A DNA stretch of 64,000 nucleotides from contig OZ244070.1 in assembly GCA_965215605.1 (NCBI GenBank), positions 3,040,001-3,104,000 on the forward strand, written 5' to 3'. Source of the DNA: an uncultured Candidatus Binatia bacterium. GTDB lineage: Bacteria > Desulfobacterota > Binatia > UBA9968 > JAJDTQ01. The notes beneath the pieces were generated by a model that saw only the letters and a program-made list of their open reading frames with translations, had not been told where the DNA came from and made no database searches. Shown here piece by piece: positions 9,890 through 18,752 of this stretch. Within the stretch, counting starts at the first letter, position 1, and each line of letters starts with the position of its first letter. Position numbers and translations under genes: made by a program.

Positions 9890-10807
9890 TCAATCGTCCG
9901 GAAAGTAATCCGAGTCGATCCTTTTCACTTCGTAGGTTTCCTCGGTCGTCACTCCGACGCCGTGGTCGATCATGAGCTCGGCGAGTTTGTCTCCGTCGAT
10001 CAGAATGATCTTGGTTTCGATGTTGGCCGCGAACGCCATTGCCTCACGAGAATAAGTGGAAGTAGTGATGAAGACGCCCTTACGGGCGCGCTGTCCCTGA
10101 AGGGCACCAGCAAATTTCTGGACGTCGGGCCTGCCGACGACACTCTCCCAGCGTTTGGCCTGTACGTAAATGATGTCGAGTCCCAGTCGGTCCTCTTTGA
10201 TGATACCGTCTATGCCCTCGTCGCCGGAGCGGCCTATCGCCTCCCCGGCTTCCTGTCGTGAACCGCCGTAGCCCATACGGAGGAGTAGATCCACGACCAG
10301 TTGCTCGAAGAAAGAGGGGGGCGACTCCAGAACTGCCGTAAGCAACTCGCCTGCCAAATTCTTGCGTAGCACTAGGTACGCATCCTGGAGGGTTTCCTCG
10401 GGCGTGTCTTCCTGGTCTCCGTTAGTCGGAGGGGTTTCTCCAACCTGCAATGAGGGCTGGCGGCGACGCTGCTGAAAGCTCTTGAACTCTTCGAACTGTT
10501 CAAGAAATTTGATATTGATCGCCGAGGGTTTGCCAGCGAGAACCTCACGTCCCCTTTCCGTGATGCGAAAGTAGCCCCTCTTGGGAGATTCCAGTAGGCC
10601 GGCATTTGTGAGGTATGACCGAGCCCAGTTGATTCGGTTGACAAACCTTGGCTGGCGGCCACTCGGCAAGATTTCCCTTTTCTCATCCTCCGTTAAGTTG
10701 AAGCGTTGGGCCAGAATGTCGTATGTTTGGCGGCGATGGCGGGTTTCCCCGTCTGCGGCCAGCTCCAGCAAAGGTAACATTAAAGACTGAAAGTCTGGGA
10801 TCGGCAT
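9890..10807 (-). CDS. mrr: Mrr type IV restriction endonuclease
   Basis: Mrr_N domain (MPIPDFQSLMLPLL...NRINWARSYL) plus Mrr_cat (DEGIDG, YVQAKRW, KGVFITTS). Confidence 0.93.
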   Translation of the reverse strand: MPIPDFQSLMLPLLELAADGETRHRRQTYDILAQRFNLTEDEKREILPSGRQPRFVNRINWARSYLTNAGLLESPKRGYFRITERGREVLAGKPSAINIKFLEQFEEFKSFQQRRRQPSLQVGETPPTNGDQEDTPEETLQDAYLVLRKNLAGELLTAVLESPPSFFEQLVVDLLLRMGYGGSRQEAGEAIGRSGDEGIDGIIKEDRLGLDIIYVQAKRWESVVGRPDVQKFAGALQGQRARKGVFITTSTYSREAMAFAANIETKIILIDGDKLAELMIDHGVGVTTEETYEVKRIDSDYFPDD

Positions 10808-10947
10808 GCGTGTTCTCCGGTCAAACGTATTCTGCCGGGGTAGCAGCGTGTCCTGTACTGGGGATGCGAGCGGCCGTCCGATTGTATTTCTGTGAAGTAG
10901 CTCCTACTCAACCGGGAGCATGAGGCCACAGGAAGCTCGGAGTGTCC

Positions 10948-11163
10948 TTAACCAGCCCGATAGGTCCGCACCGGCAGCGCTTCCGTCTCCAACGTGGAAA
11001 GATCGAGTCGCTTGGACGCATGGTCGATGTCGAAGCCGACAACGTCCCCGTTGGCGTCAAGGTCGACGTTGAGTCCTGCCGCAACTTCGCGGGTTTCTGT
11101 GCCCGGTCCGACCTTGAGCTCGACGTACAGGCTGTCGGTTTCGGAGTAGTAGTGTAGTTTCAT
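10948..11163 (-). CDS. DUF2283-family small protein, putative antitoxin
   Basis: MKLHYYSETDSLYVEL...VDLDANGDVVGFDI pattern; start overlaps the upstream stop. Confidence 0.75.
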   Translation of the reverse strand: MKLHYYSETDSLYVELKVGPGTETREVAAGLNVDLDANGDVVGFDIDHASKRLDLSTLETEALPVRTYRAG

Positions 11164-11423
11164 CACTCTTCCTTTCGAAAACCGCGATCAAAGAAAGCAT
11201 TGTGGATCGTCGCGCCATCATCGAGTGTGACCACGCGTAGGATACGCGCTGTCGCTTGTCCCGAGGGTGTGACTTCGCCCCAGAAACGTATCCGACCATC
11301 CGCTTGTGTTTCACGTCGAATGGGTGCGGCGATGACTTCAACACACCAACGTGGATCAATGTAAGGGCGCTTGCGCCGTACCTGCTCCTCGAAGTACCGC
11401 GTCGTCTTTGTGACCTCCGCCAT
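11163..11423 (-). CDS. Small putative toxin (RelE/BrnT-like fold) paired with DUF2283
   Basis: 86 aa with RIRFWG...LRVVTLDDGATIHNAFFDR; translationally coupled to the DUF2283 gene. Confidence 0.6.
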   Translation of the reverse strand: MAEVTKTTRYFEEQVRRKRPYIDPRWCVEVIAAPIRRETQADGRIRFWGEVTPSGQATARILRVVTLDDGATIHNAFFDRGFRKEE

Positions 11424-11452
11424 CAATCGTCCCAGTCAGCCCTTCCTCCCGG

Positions 11453-12550
11453 TCACTCCCCATCCAGCTCCCTGTGCAGCCACCTGAGAATCGTCGGAAA
11501 CACGTCCGGCGACTCGCCCATGTGGCCGCCGGGGAAAAGGCGCATGGCCTTGGGGCTGCCGCATTCCAGCAGCATGAAGAAGTCCTCGATGGGGACCTGG
11601 AGGTCGTCCTTGCCGTTGACCAGGAGCATAGGGGCGCAGGGCTTGTCGAGCAGGCCCTGGTCCTTGAGGGAGAGGATGGGCATGACCTCGCAGAGCTCGT
11701 CGAAGGTCCGCTTGCCGAAGAGGTTGGCCCGGGCCTCGATGAGGTCGAACAGGTAGGACGAGGCGTTGCGGGAGCGCTGCTGCCATTCGGGCTGGAAGAA
11801 CCCGTGGATGCCGCCGCCCCAGTTGACCGCGGCGCGCAGCCGTTCCGGCTCCACGTGGGCGAGCTTGGTGGACCAGTAGCCGCCGAAGCTGGCGCCCAGG
11901 GCGGCGATGCGGGACGCGTCCACTTCCGGCCGGGTCACCAGGTAGTCCAACGCCGTGCTGTAGACCTCGTGGGCGGTGTCGGACGCGAGAACCGGGGACT
12001 CGCCGGTGCCGGGGCTGTCCATGATGAAGCAGCCCCAGTCCTCGGCCAGCATGGACTCCACGAAGTTGTGGCGGTCCTCCTTCCAGTTGTCGATGCCGCC
12101 CCAGTGCATGATCACCGGCGCCGGCCGCCGGGCCGGAAGGCGCAGGTAGCCCACCACCTCCTTGTCGCGCAGGGGCAGGGCGATGCGCTCCAGCGGCGGG
12201 TCGAAGTAGCGCGCCGCGGCGAGGTAGTTCTCGATGGTCTTGCGGTAGGCTTCCTGCTTGCCGGGCGAGCTGGGGAAGGGGTGGCGCGCCGTGCCGTAGT
12301 AGCCGGCGGCCTGGAAGTAAGCCTCTTTCGCCTGGTCTTTCTGCTCCCGGGCCTCCGCGTCCCTGGCCGCCTGCTCCCAGCGGGCTCCGGGCCGGCTCCA
12401 GGCCTCGGCCCAGTGGTCGGCGTCCAGACCGTTCATCTCGGCCAGCACGCCTTCGGCCTCGGCCGCATCCATGAGGTGAAACGGGCTGCGCCTGCCCACG
12501 CGTTTGCGTATGCGGTCCTTGATTTCGTCGAGAGTTGCGGCCTGCGCCAT
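11453..12550 (-). CDS. Alpha/beta hydrolase (FrsA / dihydroxypseudooxynicotine hydrolase-like)
   Basis: GASFGG nucleophile elbow, GKDDLQVP and PGGHMG; start at MAQAAT after GGAGGA RBS. Confidence 0.8.
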   Translation of the reverse strand: MAQAATLDEIKDRIRKRVGRRSPFHLMDAAEAEGVLAEMNGLDADHWAEAWSRPGARWEQAARDAEAREQKDQAKEAYFQAAGYYGTARHPFPSSPGKQEAYRKTIENYLAAARYFDPPLERIALPLRDKEVVGYLRLPARRPAPVIMHWGGIDNWKEDRHNFVESMLAEDWGCFIMDSPGTGESPVLASDTAHEVYSTALDYLVTRPEVDASRIAALGASFGGYWSTKLAHVEPERLRAAVNWGGGIHGFFQPEWQQRSRNASSYLFDLIEARANLFGKRTFDELCEVMPILSLKDQGLLDKPCAPMLLVNGKDDLQVPIEDFFMLLECGSPKAMRLFPGGHMGESPDVFPTILRWLHRELDGE

Positions 12551-12685
12551 GATGGGTTCCTCCGGTTGGATGTAGCTTGTCGTGAAACCGCGGCTCGAGA
12601 TATCGGCGCCGAGGCCACCGGCCCGCGTTCGGTTGAGAATATCACGATTTCGTAATACAGAATAAGTCCATCGGGTTAGAGGGAC

Positions 12686-13018
12686 ATGACCAAAGAGGAC
12701 CATTACATCCAGGGCATGGAGGCGTATGCCGATGACCGGTTGGAGGAGGCGGTCGAGTCGTACACGAAGGCTCTGGCCGACGATCCCGACTACGCCGACG
12801 CGCTGCACGCCCTGGGAATGGCGTACGCGAGTCTGGAACGCCTGGACGAGGCCATCGAAGCGGGCAAGCGCCTGATCGAGGTGAGCCCCGACGATGAGCT
12901 TGCCTACACGAGCCTTTCCATCTTCTACCAGCGCAAGGGGATGATCGAGGAGGCCGAAGCCGTCGGCGCCAAGGCCAGGACCCTGGCGTGGAAACGGCAG
13001 CTCGCCGAGAACAAGTAG
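12686..13018 (+). CDS. Small TPR protein
   Basis: Tandem TPR-like helices (ALHALGMAYASL, AYTSLSIFYQ). Confidence 0.8.
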   Translation: MTKEDHYIQGMEAYADDRLEEAVESYTKALADDPDYADALHALGMAYASLERLDEAIEAGKRLIEVSPDDELAYTSLSIFYQRKGMIEEAEAVGAKARTLAWKRQLAENK

Positions 13019-13097
13019 CCGCCGCGGCCCGTAGCGCCGTCGGCGCGCGCGAATCCGCGCTCACAAACACGGGGCCGTCCGCGAAGAAGGGGTACGC

Positions 13098-14030
13098 ATG
13101 AATCTGGACAGCATTACCGTCGAATCGATCCGTGATTCCCTGAGGGAGCGCAAGTACATTTGCGACCGGAGCCTCGCCACCGTGGTCTACCTCTCGGTGC
13201 GGCTGGGGAAGCCGATCCTGCTGGAAGGGGAGGCGGGCGTGGGCAAGACCGAGATCGCCAAGGTGCTCGCCGACGTGCTGCAGACACGGCTGATCCGGCT
13301 CCAGTGCTACGAGGGCCTGGACTCCAACACCGCCCTCTACGAGTGGAACTATCCCAAGCAGATGCTGCGCATCAAGCTCGAGGAAATCGGTTCCCGGGAC
13401 CGGGAGTCGGTGGAGACCGAGATCTTCTCCGAGGACTACCTCATCAGCCGGCCGCTGCTGGACGCCATCCGCACCGACGGCGCCGAGCCCCCGGTGCTGC
13501 TCATCGACGAGATCGACCGCGCCGACATGGAGTTCGAGGCGTTTCTGCTGGAGGTGCTGTCGGATTTCCAGATCAGCATCCCGGAGGTGGGCACCATCCG
13601 GGCGGACAAGCGACCCTACGTCTTCCTCACCTCCAACCGCACCCGGGAGATCCACGACGCGCTCAAGCGGCGTTGCCTCTACCACTGGATCGAGTACCCG
13701 ACGTTCGAGAAGGAGTACGAGATCATCATGACCAAGTATCCGGAGGTCCGGAAGCTCATGGCCGAGCAGATCTGTGCGTTCATGCAGCAGGTGCGGCAGA
13801 TGAACTTCTACAAGCGTCCGGGAGTGGCCGAGACCCTGGACTGGGCGTCGGCGCTGCTGCTGCTGAACCGGGCCGAGCTGGATCCGGAGATCGTGAAGGA
13901 GACGGTGGGCTGCGTGTTCAAGTACCGCGAGGACCTGCACCACCTGGAGGAAGAGCTGTCCGGCGACAAGCTCGACATGGACCGCATCCTCAAGGAGCCG
14001 GCCACGGTGGTGGGCGGGAACGCCCAGTAG
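13098..14030 (+). CDS. coxD: MoxR-family AAA+ ATPase, CoxD-like
   Basis: GEAGVGKT, RLQCYEG, LLIDEIDRAD, TSNRTRE and ALKRRC motifs. Confidence 0.88.
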   Translation: MNLDSITVESIRDSLRERKYICDRSLATVVYLSVRLGKPILLEGEAGVGKTEIAKVLADVLQTRLIRLQCYEGLDSNTALYEWNYPKQMLRIKLEEIGSRDRESVETEIFSEDYLISRPLLDAIRTDGAEPPVLLIDEIDRADMEFEAFLLEVLSDFQISIPEVGTIRADKRPYVFLTSNRTREIHDALKRRCLYHWIEYPTFEKEYEIIMTKYPEVRKLMAEQICAFMQQVRQMNFYKRPGVAETLDWASALLLLNRAELDPEIVKETVGCVFKYREDLHHLEEELSGDKLDMDRILKEPATVVGGNAQ

Positions 14031-14055
14031 CCGCGGGACCGGCCCGGACCTTGCC

Positions 14056-15276
14056 ATGGCCAGAGAGCTGAACGAAGAAGACATCGTCCGCGCGGTGGAG
14101 CGCTACAAGCCTTTGCGTGGACAGGGCACGCTGGCGAACATGCTCATGTTCGGCCGGGTGCTCAAGGACCTGGGTTTCCGCATGGGACTGAGCCAGGTCA
14201 TCGACGCCAACCGCTCCATGCCGCTCATCGACATCCGGAGCCGGCCGGATTTCCATCGGGCGCTGGCCGCCAACATGCTCCACGACCACGAGGACATCGA
14301 GCTCTTCGACCAGGTGTTCGAGGCGTTCTGGCAGGGCGACGCGGAGATCGAAGACGGCATCGAGACCATGGAGGTGCCGGCCCAGAGCCCGGACGAAGCG
14401 CTGGAGTCGTCGGACGACAGCGGCGGCACCGTGGAGGAGACCCTGGCCGAGCAGGAAGGCGCCGGCGACGACGGTCCCACGGACCCGGACCCGCTGATGG
14501 TGCCCACCTACAGCCCCAACGAGCAGCTCAACGAGAAGGACTTCAGCGAGATGGGCATCGAGGAGAGCCGGGCCGTGACCCAGGCCATTCTGCTCATCGC
14601 CTCCAAGATCGCCACCCAGGTGAGCCGCCGCAAGAAGCGGGCGCGCCGGGGCACCGAGATCGATCCCCGGGGCACCATGCGCCGCAACATCAAGTACGGC
14701 GGCGAACTGGTGGAGCTGGTGGCGCGCAAGCGCCGCATCAAGAAGACCCGTGTCGTGTTGCTGTGCGACGTGAGCGGCTCCATGGACTGCTACAGCCGTT
14801 TTCTGATCCAGTTCATGTACGGCCTGCAGAACGAGCTCTGGGGCGTGGAGACCTTTGTCTTCAGCACCACCCTGAGCCGCATCACCCACCTGATCCGCAC
14901 CAAGAACATCGGCAACGCCCTGGAGAAGATCTCCAAGAGCGTGCTGGGGTGGTCCGGAGGCACCAACATCGGACGGTCGCTGGAGATCTTCAACCGCGAC
15001 TTCGCGGCGAGCACCGTCACCCACCGCACCGTGGTGGTCATCATCAGCGACGGCTGGGATCGGGGCGACGTGGGCGTGCTGGAGCGGCAGATGCAGGCCG
15101 TCAAACGGCGTTGCGGCAAGCTCATCTGGCTGAATCCGTTGCTGGCGAGCGAGAACTACGAGCCCTTGTGCAAGGGCATGCAGGCGGCGCTGCCGTACCT
15201 GGACCTGTTCCTTTCGGCGCACAACGCCAACAGCCTGGTCCACCTCGGCCACACCATGCGCAAGCTGGTGGCCTAG
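14056..15276 (+). CDS. coxE: VWA-domain protein, CoxE-like
   Basis: MIDAS DVSGS, GGTNIG, ISDGWD and IWLNPL; follows the CoxD-like gene. Confidence 0.88.
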   Translation: MARELNEEDIVRAVERYKPLRGQGTLANMLMFGRVLKDLGFRMGLSQVIDANRSMPLIDIRSRPDFHRALAANMLHDHEDIELFDQVFEAFWQGDAEIEDGIETMEVPAQSPDEALESSDDSGGTVEETLAEQEGAGDDGPTDPDPLMVPTYSPNEQLNEKDFSEMGIEESRAVTQAILLIASKIATQVSRRKKRARRGTEIDPRGTMRRNIKYGGELVELVARKRRIKKTRVVLLCDVSGSMDCYSRFLIQFMYGLQNELWGVETFVFSTTLSRITHLIRTKNIGNALEKISKSVLGWSGGTNIGRSLEIFNRDFAASTVTHRTVVVIISDGWDRGDVGVLERQMQAVKRRCGKLIWLNPLLASENYEPLCKGMQAALPYLDLFLSAHNANSLVHLGHTMRKLVA

Positions 15277-15330
15277 GCAGGGCAGTAACGACGGCAGGCG
15301 GAACGGGCCGGGTCCGGCAAGGAGGCATCC

Positions 15331-15660
15331 ATGGAAAACATCTACGATGACGTAAAGGAGTTCCTGGAAAAGGGCGAAACCGTGGCGGTGGCCACCATCG
15401 TCTCCACCAAGGGCTCGACCCCGCGGGAGGTGGGGGCCAAGATGGTGGTGACGGCCTGGGGCGAGATCCTCGGGACCATCGGCGGAGGTTGCGGCGAGGC
15501 CGACGTCCGGCGCGAGGCCATCGAGGTGGTGCGCACCCGCAAGCCCCGCACCGTGCGCGTGGACCTGCTGGACGACATCTCGTCCGACAGCCCGGCGGTG
15601 TGCGGCGGTATCATGAATGTGTTCATCGATCCCTGGTGGCAGGACGAGGAGAGCGACTGA
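15331..15660 (+). CDS. XdhC/CoxI N-terminal domain protein
   Basis: GSTPREVGAKM, GTIGGGCGE and VCGG motifs. Confidence 0.88.
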   Translation: MENIYDDVKEFLEKGETVAVATIVSTKGSTPREVGAKMVVTAWGEILGTIGGGCGEADVRREAIEVVRTRKPRTVRVDLLDDISSDSPAVCGGIMNVFIDPWWQDEESD

Positions 15661-15715
15661 GGGACGGGGCGGCAACGCCGGACGGATGGCTGGTGGGCGA
15701 CAAGATCGGAAATGA

Positions 15716-16489
15716 ATGGACGCACTGGTTCAAGAGCTGATCAAGATCAAGAATGAAGGCGCCGGCGCGGTGCTCGTCACGGTGGTGGAGTCCCAGGGAC
15801 TGGACGGGCTCGACAGCGGCGCCAAGTGCCTGATCCGGGACGGACGGATCGTGCTGGGCGAGGTGAACGACGCGGAACTCGAGCAGAGGCTGCTCCATGA
15901 GGCCGCCGAACGGCTCTCGGACGAGCATTCCCGGCTGGTGTCCGTGGAGACCGCGGCGGGAGGGCAGGCGGACATCTTCTTCGAGGTGATGCCGTCGCCG
16001 CCGAAGCTCATCGTCGTCGGAGCCGGACACATCGCCGTGCCGCTGGTGAAGATCGCCAAGCTCATGGACTACTACGTGGTGGTCATCGACGACCGTATCC
16101 TCTTCGCCAACCGTGAGCGCTTCCCCGCCGCCGACGAGGTGGTGGTGGGGGACATGTCCGAGACCGTGAAGGCGCTCGACATCACGCCCACCACCTACGT
16201 GGTGCTCATCACCCGGGGCCACAAGTACGACGAGCCGTGCCTGCGCGAGCTGCTGGACCGGCCCGCCAGGTACATCGGCATGATCGGCAGCAAGCGGCGG
16301 ATCAAGGCGTGCTTCGAACGGTTCAAGGAGGAGGAGCACGTCTCCGAGGAGCTCATTTCCCGGGTCTACGCCCCCATCGGGCTCGACATCGCCACCGAGA
16401 CCCCGGAGGAGATCGCGGTGGGCATCCTGGGCGAGGTCATCAAGGTCCGCCGCGGCGGCAAGGCGCAGTCGCTGTCCCGGAAGCGGTGA
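15716..16489 (+). CDS. XdhC/CoxF-family Moco insertion chaperone (C-terminal Rossmann domain)
   Basis: VVGAGHIA, DDR, TRGHKYD, YIGMIGS and APIGLDI...PEEIA motifs. Confidence 0.88.
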   Translation: MDALVQELIKIKNEGAGAVLVTVVESQGLDGLDSGAKCLIRDGRIVLGEVNDAELEQRLLHEAAERLSDEHSRLVSVETAAGGQADIFFEVMPSPPKLIVVGAGHIAVPLVKIAKLMDYYVVVIDDRILFANRERFPAADEVVVGDMSETVKALDITPTTYVVLITRGHKYDEPCLRELLDRPARYIGMIGSKRRIKACFERFKEEEHVSEELISRVYAPIGLDIATETPEEIAVGILGEVIKVRRGGKAQSLSRKR

Positions 16490-16917
16490 GCCGTTCCGGC
16501 GAAATTCAGGTGACGGGGGTGGTGTTCTCGGACTTGGGCCGGGCCGGAGCGTTCCTGGACATTGGCTGGGTGCGGGACGCCATCAGGGAGCGGGTCGGCT
16601 TCGAGCCCTATCCCGGCACATTGAACGTGCGGGCGCGCGGCGCCGACGTGAACCGCTGGGAGGAGGTCCGGCGCCACGGCGTGAAGATCCTGCTGCCGTC
16701 GCCGGATCCGGGTTTCTGCAACGCTTTCCTGTTCACCGGCTCCCTCGGGGGAGGGGATTCCGGACCCGGCGCCCGTGAAAGGGTCGCGGTGGTGGTCCCG
16801 GAGGTGAAGGAATACCCCGCCGACAAACTGGAGATCATCGCCCCGGTGTCGCTGAAGCAGACCCGTTCGGTGCGGGACGGCGACGAGTTGACCGTCGTTT
16901 TCGACCGGGCGCCGTGA
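16486..16917 (+). CDS. ribK: Archaeal-type CTP-dependent riboflavin kinase (DUF120), no HTH domain
   Basis: GFEPYPGTLN and YPADKLEIIAPVSLK...DGD signatures; GTG start overlaps the upstream TGA. Confidence 0.8.
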   Translation: MSRSGEIQVTGVVFSDLGRAGAFLDIGWVRDAIRERVGFEPYPGTLNVRARGADVNRWEEVRRHGVKILLPSPDPGFCNAFLFTGSLGGGDSGPGARERVAVVVPEVKEYPADKLEIIAPVSLKQTRSVRDGDELTVVFDRAP

Positions 16918-16951
16918 CAGGGAGCAGGACGGTTACAGGAGGTAAGTCAGC

Positions 16952-17545
16952 ATGCGTCGTGTCATCGTAGGGTTGTCGGGGGCCACCGGGTCCATTTACG
17001 GGATCCGCATTCTCCAGGTCCTCGAGCGTCTTCCGGATGTCGAGACTCACCTGGTCATGAGCAAGGCCGCCAAGATGACCCTCCAGGTGGAAACGCCGCA
17101 CTCGGTGAAGGATGTCGAGGAGATGGCGGACGTGGTGCACGACATCAACAACATCGGCGCCAGCATCGCCAGCGGCTCGTTCCGCACCGCGGGCATGGTC
17201 ATCGCGCCGTGCTCCATGAAGTCCATGGGCGGCATCGTGCTCTCCGTGGGCGGCGACCTTCTGGTGCGCGCCTCCGACGTGATCCTCAAGGAACGCAAGA
17301 AGCTCGTGCTGGTGGTCCGCGAGACCCCGCTGCACTTGGGCCACCTCGAGAGCATGGCGCAGCTCACCCGCATGGGCGCCGTGATCTTTCCCCCCGTGCC
17401 CGCGTTCTATCACCGCCCCAAGACCCTGGACGACGTCATCAATCAGACCGTGGCCCGCATCCTGGACCAGTTCGAGATCGAGACCGACATGTTCCACCGG
17501 TGGGACGAGGAGTCCCTGAGCCGCTATCCAGGAGACAAGGAGTAG
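16952..17545 (+). CDS. ubiX: Flavin prenyltransferase
   Basis: GLSGATG, IASGSF, APCSMKS, RETP and PAFY motifs. Confidence 0.95.
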   Translation: MRRVIVGLSGATGSIYGIRILQVLERLPDVETHLVMSKAAKMTLQVETPHSVKDVEEMADVVHDINNIGASIASGSFRTAGMVIAPCSMKSMGGIVLSVGGDLLVRASDVILKERKKLVLVVRETPLHLGHLESMAQLTRMGAVIFPPVPAFYHRPKTLDDVINQTVARILDQFEIETDMFHRWDEESLSRYPGDKE

Positions 17546-17592
17546 GCGGAGGCTCACCGCGGAGGATGACGCCTGCCGGCGGGATTTCTCTT

Positions 17593-18066
17593 ATGACCGA
17601 TCTTGAGGAACAGGTCCTCGACTACCTCCGGACCCACAACACCATGACCCTGGGCACCTGCGCGGACGGGGCGCCGTGGAACGCCACGGTGTTCTACGCC
17701 AGCGACAAGTTTCAGCTTTATTTCTTCTCCGCGCCGGACTCGCGCCACTGCGCCAATCTTTCAGCCAACCCGCGGGTGGCGGTGACGGTCCAGGAGGACT
17801 ACCGGGACTGGCGGGAAATCAAGGGGATCCAGCTGGAGGGGACCGTAGATCTCGTGGATTCGGTGATTGCCAAGGGCAAGGCCATGGCGGCGTACGCGCG
17901 CAAGTACCCCGGCGTCATGAAGCTGTTCACGGATCCTTCGAGCGGCATATACCACCGCGCATTTCTCAAGGTGAAGTTCTACCGGGTGACTCCGGAGACG
18001 CTGTACTACATCGACAACCAGCAAGGGTTCGGCAAGAGGCAGGAACTGGTCCTGGGGACGGATTGA
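17593..18066 (+). CDS. Pyridoxamine 5'-phosphate oxidase-like FMN-binding split barrel (YhbP-like)
   Basis: MTLGT...PWNATVFYA, SRHCANL..NPRVAVTV and IKGIQLEG. Confidence 0.8.
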   Translation: MTDLEEQVLDYLRTHNTMTLGTCADGAPWNATVFYASDKFQLYFFSAPDSRHCANLSANPRVAVTVQEDYRDWREIKGIQLEGTVDLVDSVIAKGKAMAAYARKYPGVMKLFTDPSSGIYHRAFLKVKFYRVTPETLYYIDNQQGFGKRQELVLGTD

Positions 18067-18127
18067 CGCCGCCGGGCCAGGACTGCCGCGGCGTCCGGCG
18101 CCGCTTCGGACCAGAGAGGATCGCTAC

Positions 18128-18613
18128 GTGTCACGACTGGTGGGCAAGGAAATGCCGGACGAGTTGTTCGCGCTGATGAGCGGCAAGGCCGTCGAGGCGG
18201 GCAAGGTTTTCATCATGGCCACGGTGGACGAGCAAGGCTGGTGCCACCCGGCCATGGGATCCTACTACGAGTTGGTGGCCAAGAGCCCGGGCCGCATCCA
18301 TCTGGCCGTGGGCAAGAACAGCACCACGGAACGGAACCTCGTGCGCACCGGCGCCCTGACCCTGGTGGTCACCGACCACGGTCTGAACTACTACCTCAAG
18401 GGTGACGCCAGGCGGACGCGGGAACAACTGGAGGACACCCCTTTCGCGCTGTTTCAGGTGGAGCTCCACACGGTGCTGGAGGACCAGGAACAGGGGGTCA
18501 CCATCGTGACCGGTGTCCGCTACGAGTTGAATCAGAGCGACGACACGGGATTCATGGGACGGATACTGGACAAGGCCCTGGCCGCGTTGGCGGCCGCACC
18601 CTGGGAGACGTAG
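18128..18613 (+). CDS. Second pyridoxamine 5'-phosphate oxidase-like split-barrel protein
   Basis: MATVDEQGWCHPA and STTERNLVRTG pattern; GTG start. Confidence 0.7.
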   Translation: MSRLVGKEMPDELFALMSGKAVEAGKVFIMATVDEQGWCHPAMGSYYELVAKSPGRIHLAVGKNSTTERNLVRTGALTLVVTDHGLNYYLKGDARRTREQLEDTPFALFQVELHTVLEDQEQGVTIVTGVRYELNQSDDTGFMGRILDKALAALAAAPWET

Positions 18614-18632
18614 GGGCGGTTTCGACGCCCCT
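18610..18632 (+). repeat. GTAG-type REP-like palindrome
   Basis: gtAGGGGCG-gtttcga-CGCCCCT hairpin at the gene end. Confidence 0.5.
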
Positions 18633-18752
18633 CGTGTTCGCCCGGCCCGCGCCGCGCATCCGCTGGCCAGCCACCGTGGATCGTGTTAGCTATTCTGGGC
18701 AGCGGTGCGTTGCCGCCGCCGATTTTCGTGAAACTTCAAGGAGGTTTGTTGT

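Noticed and set aside
13098-16489. Aerobic CO dehydrogenase locus
   Set aside because: Only accessory genes are present; no coxMSL in the window.
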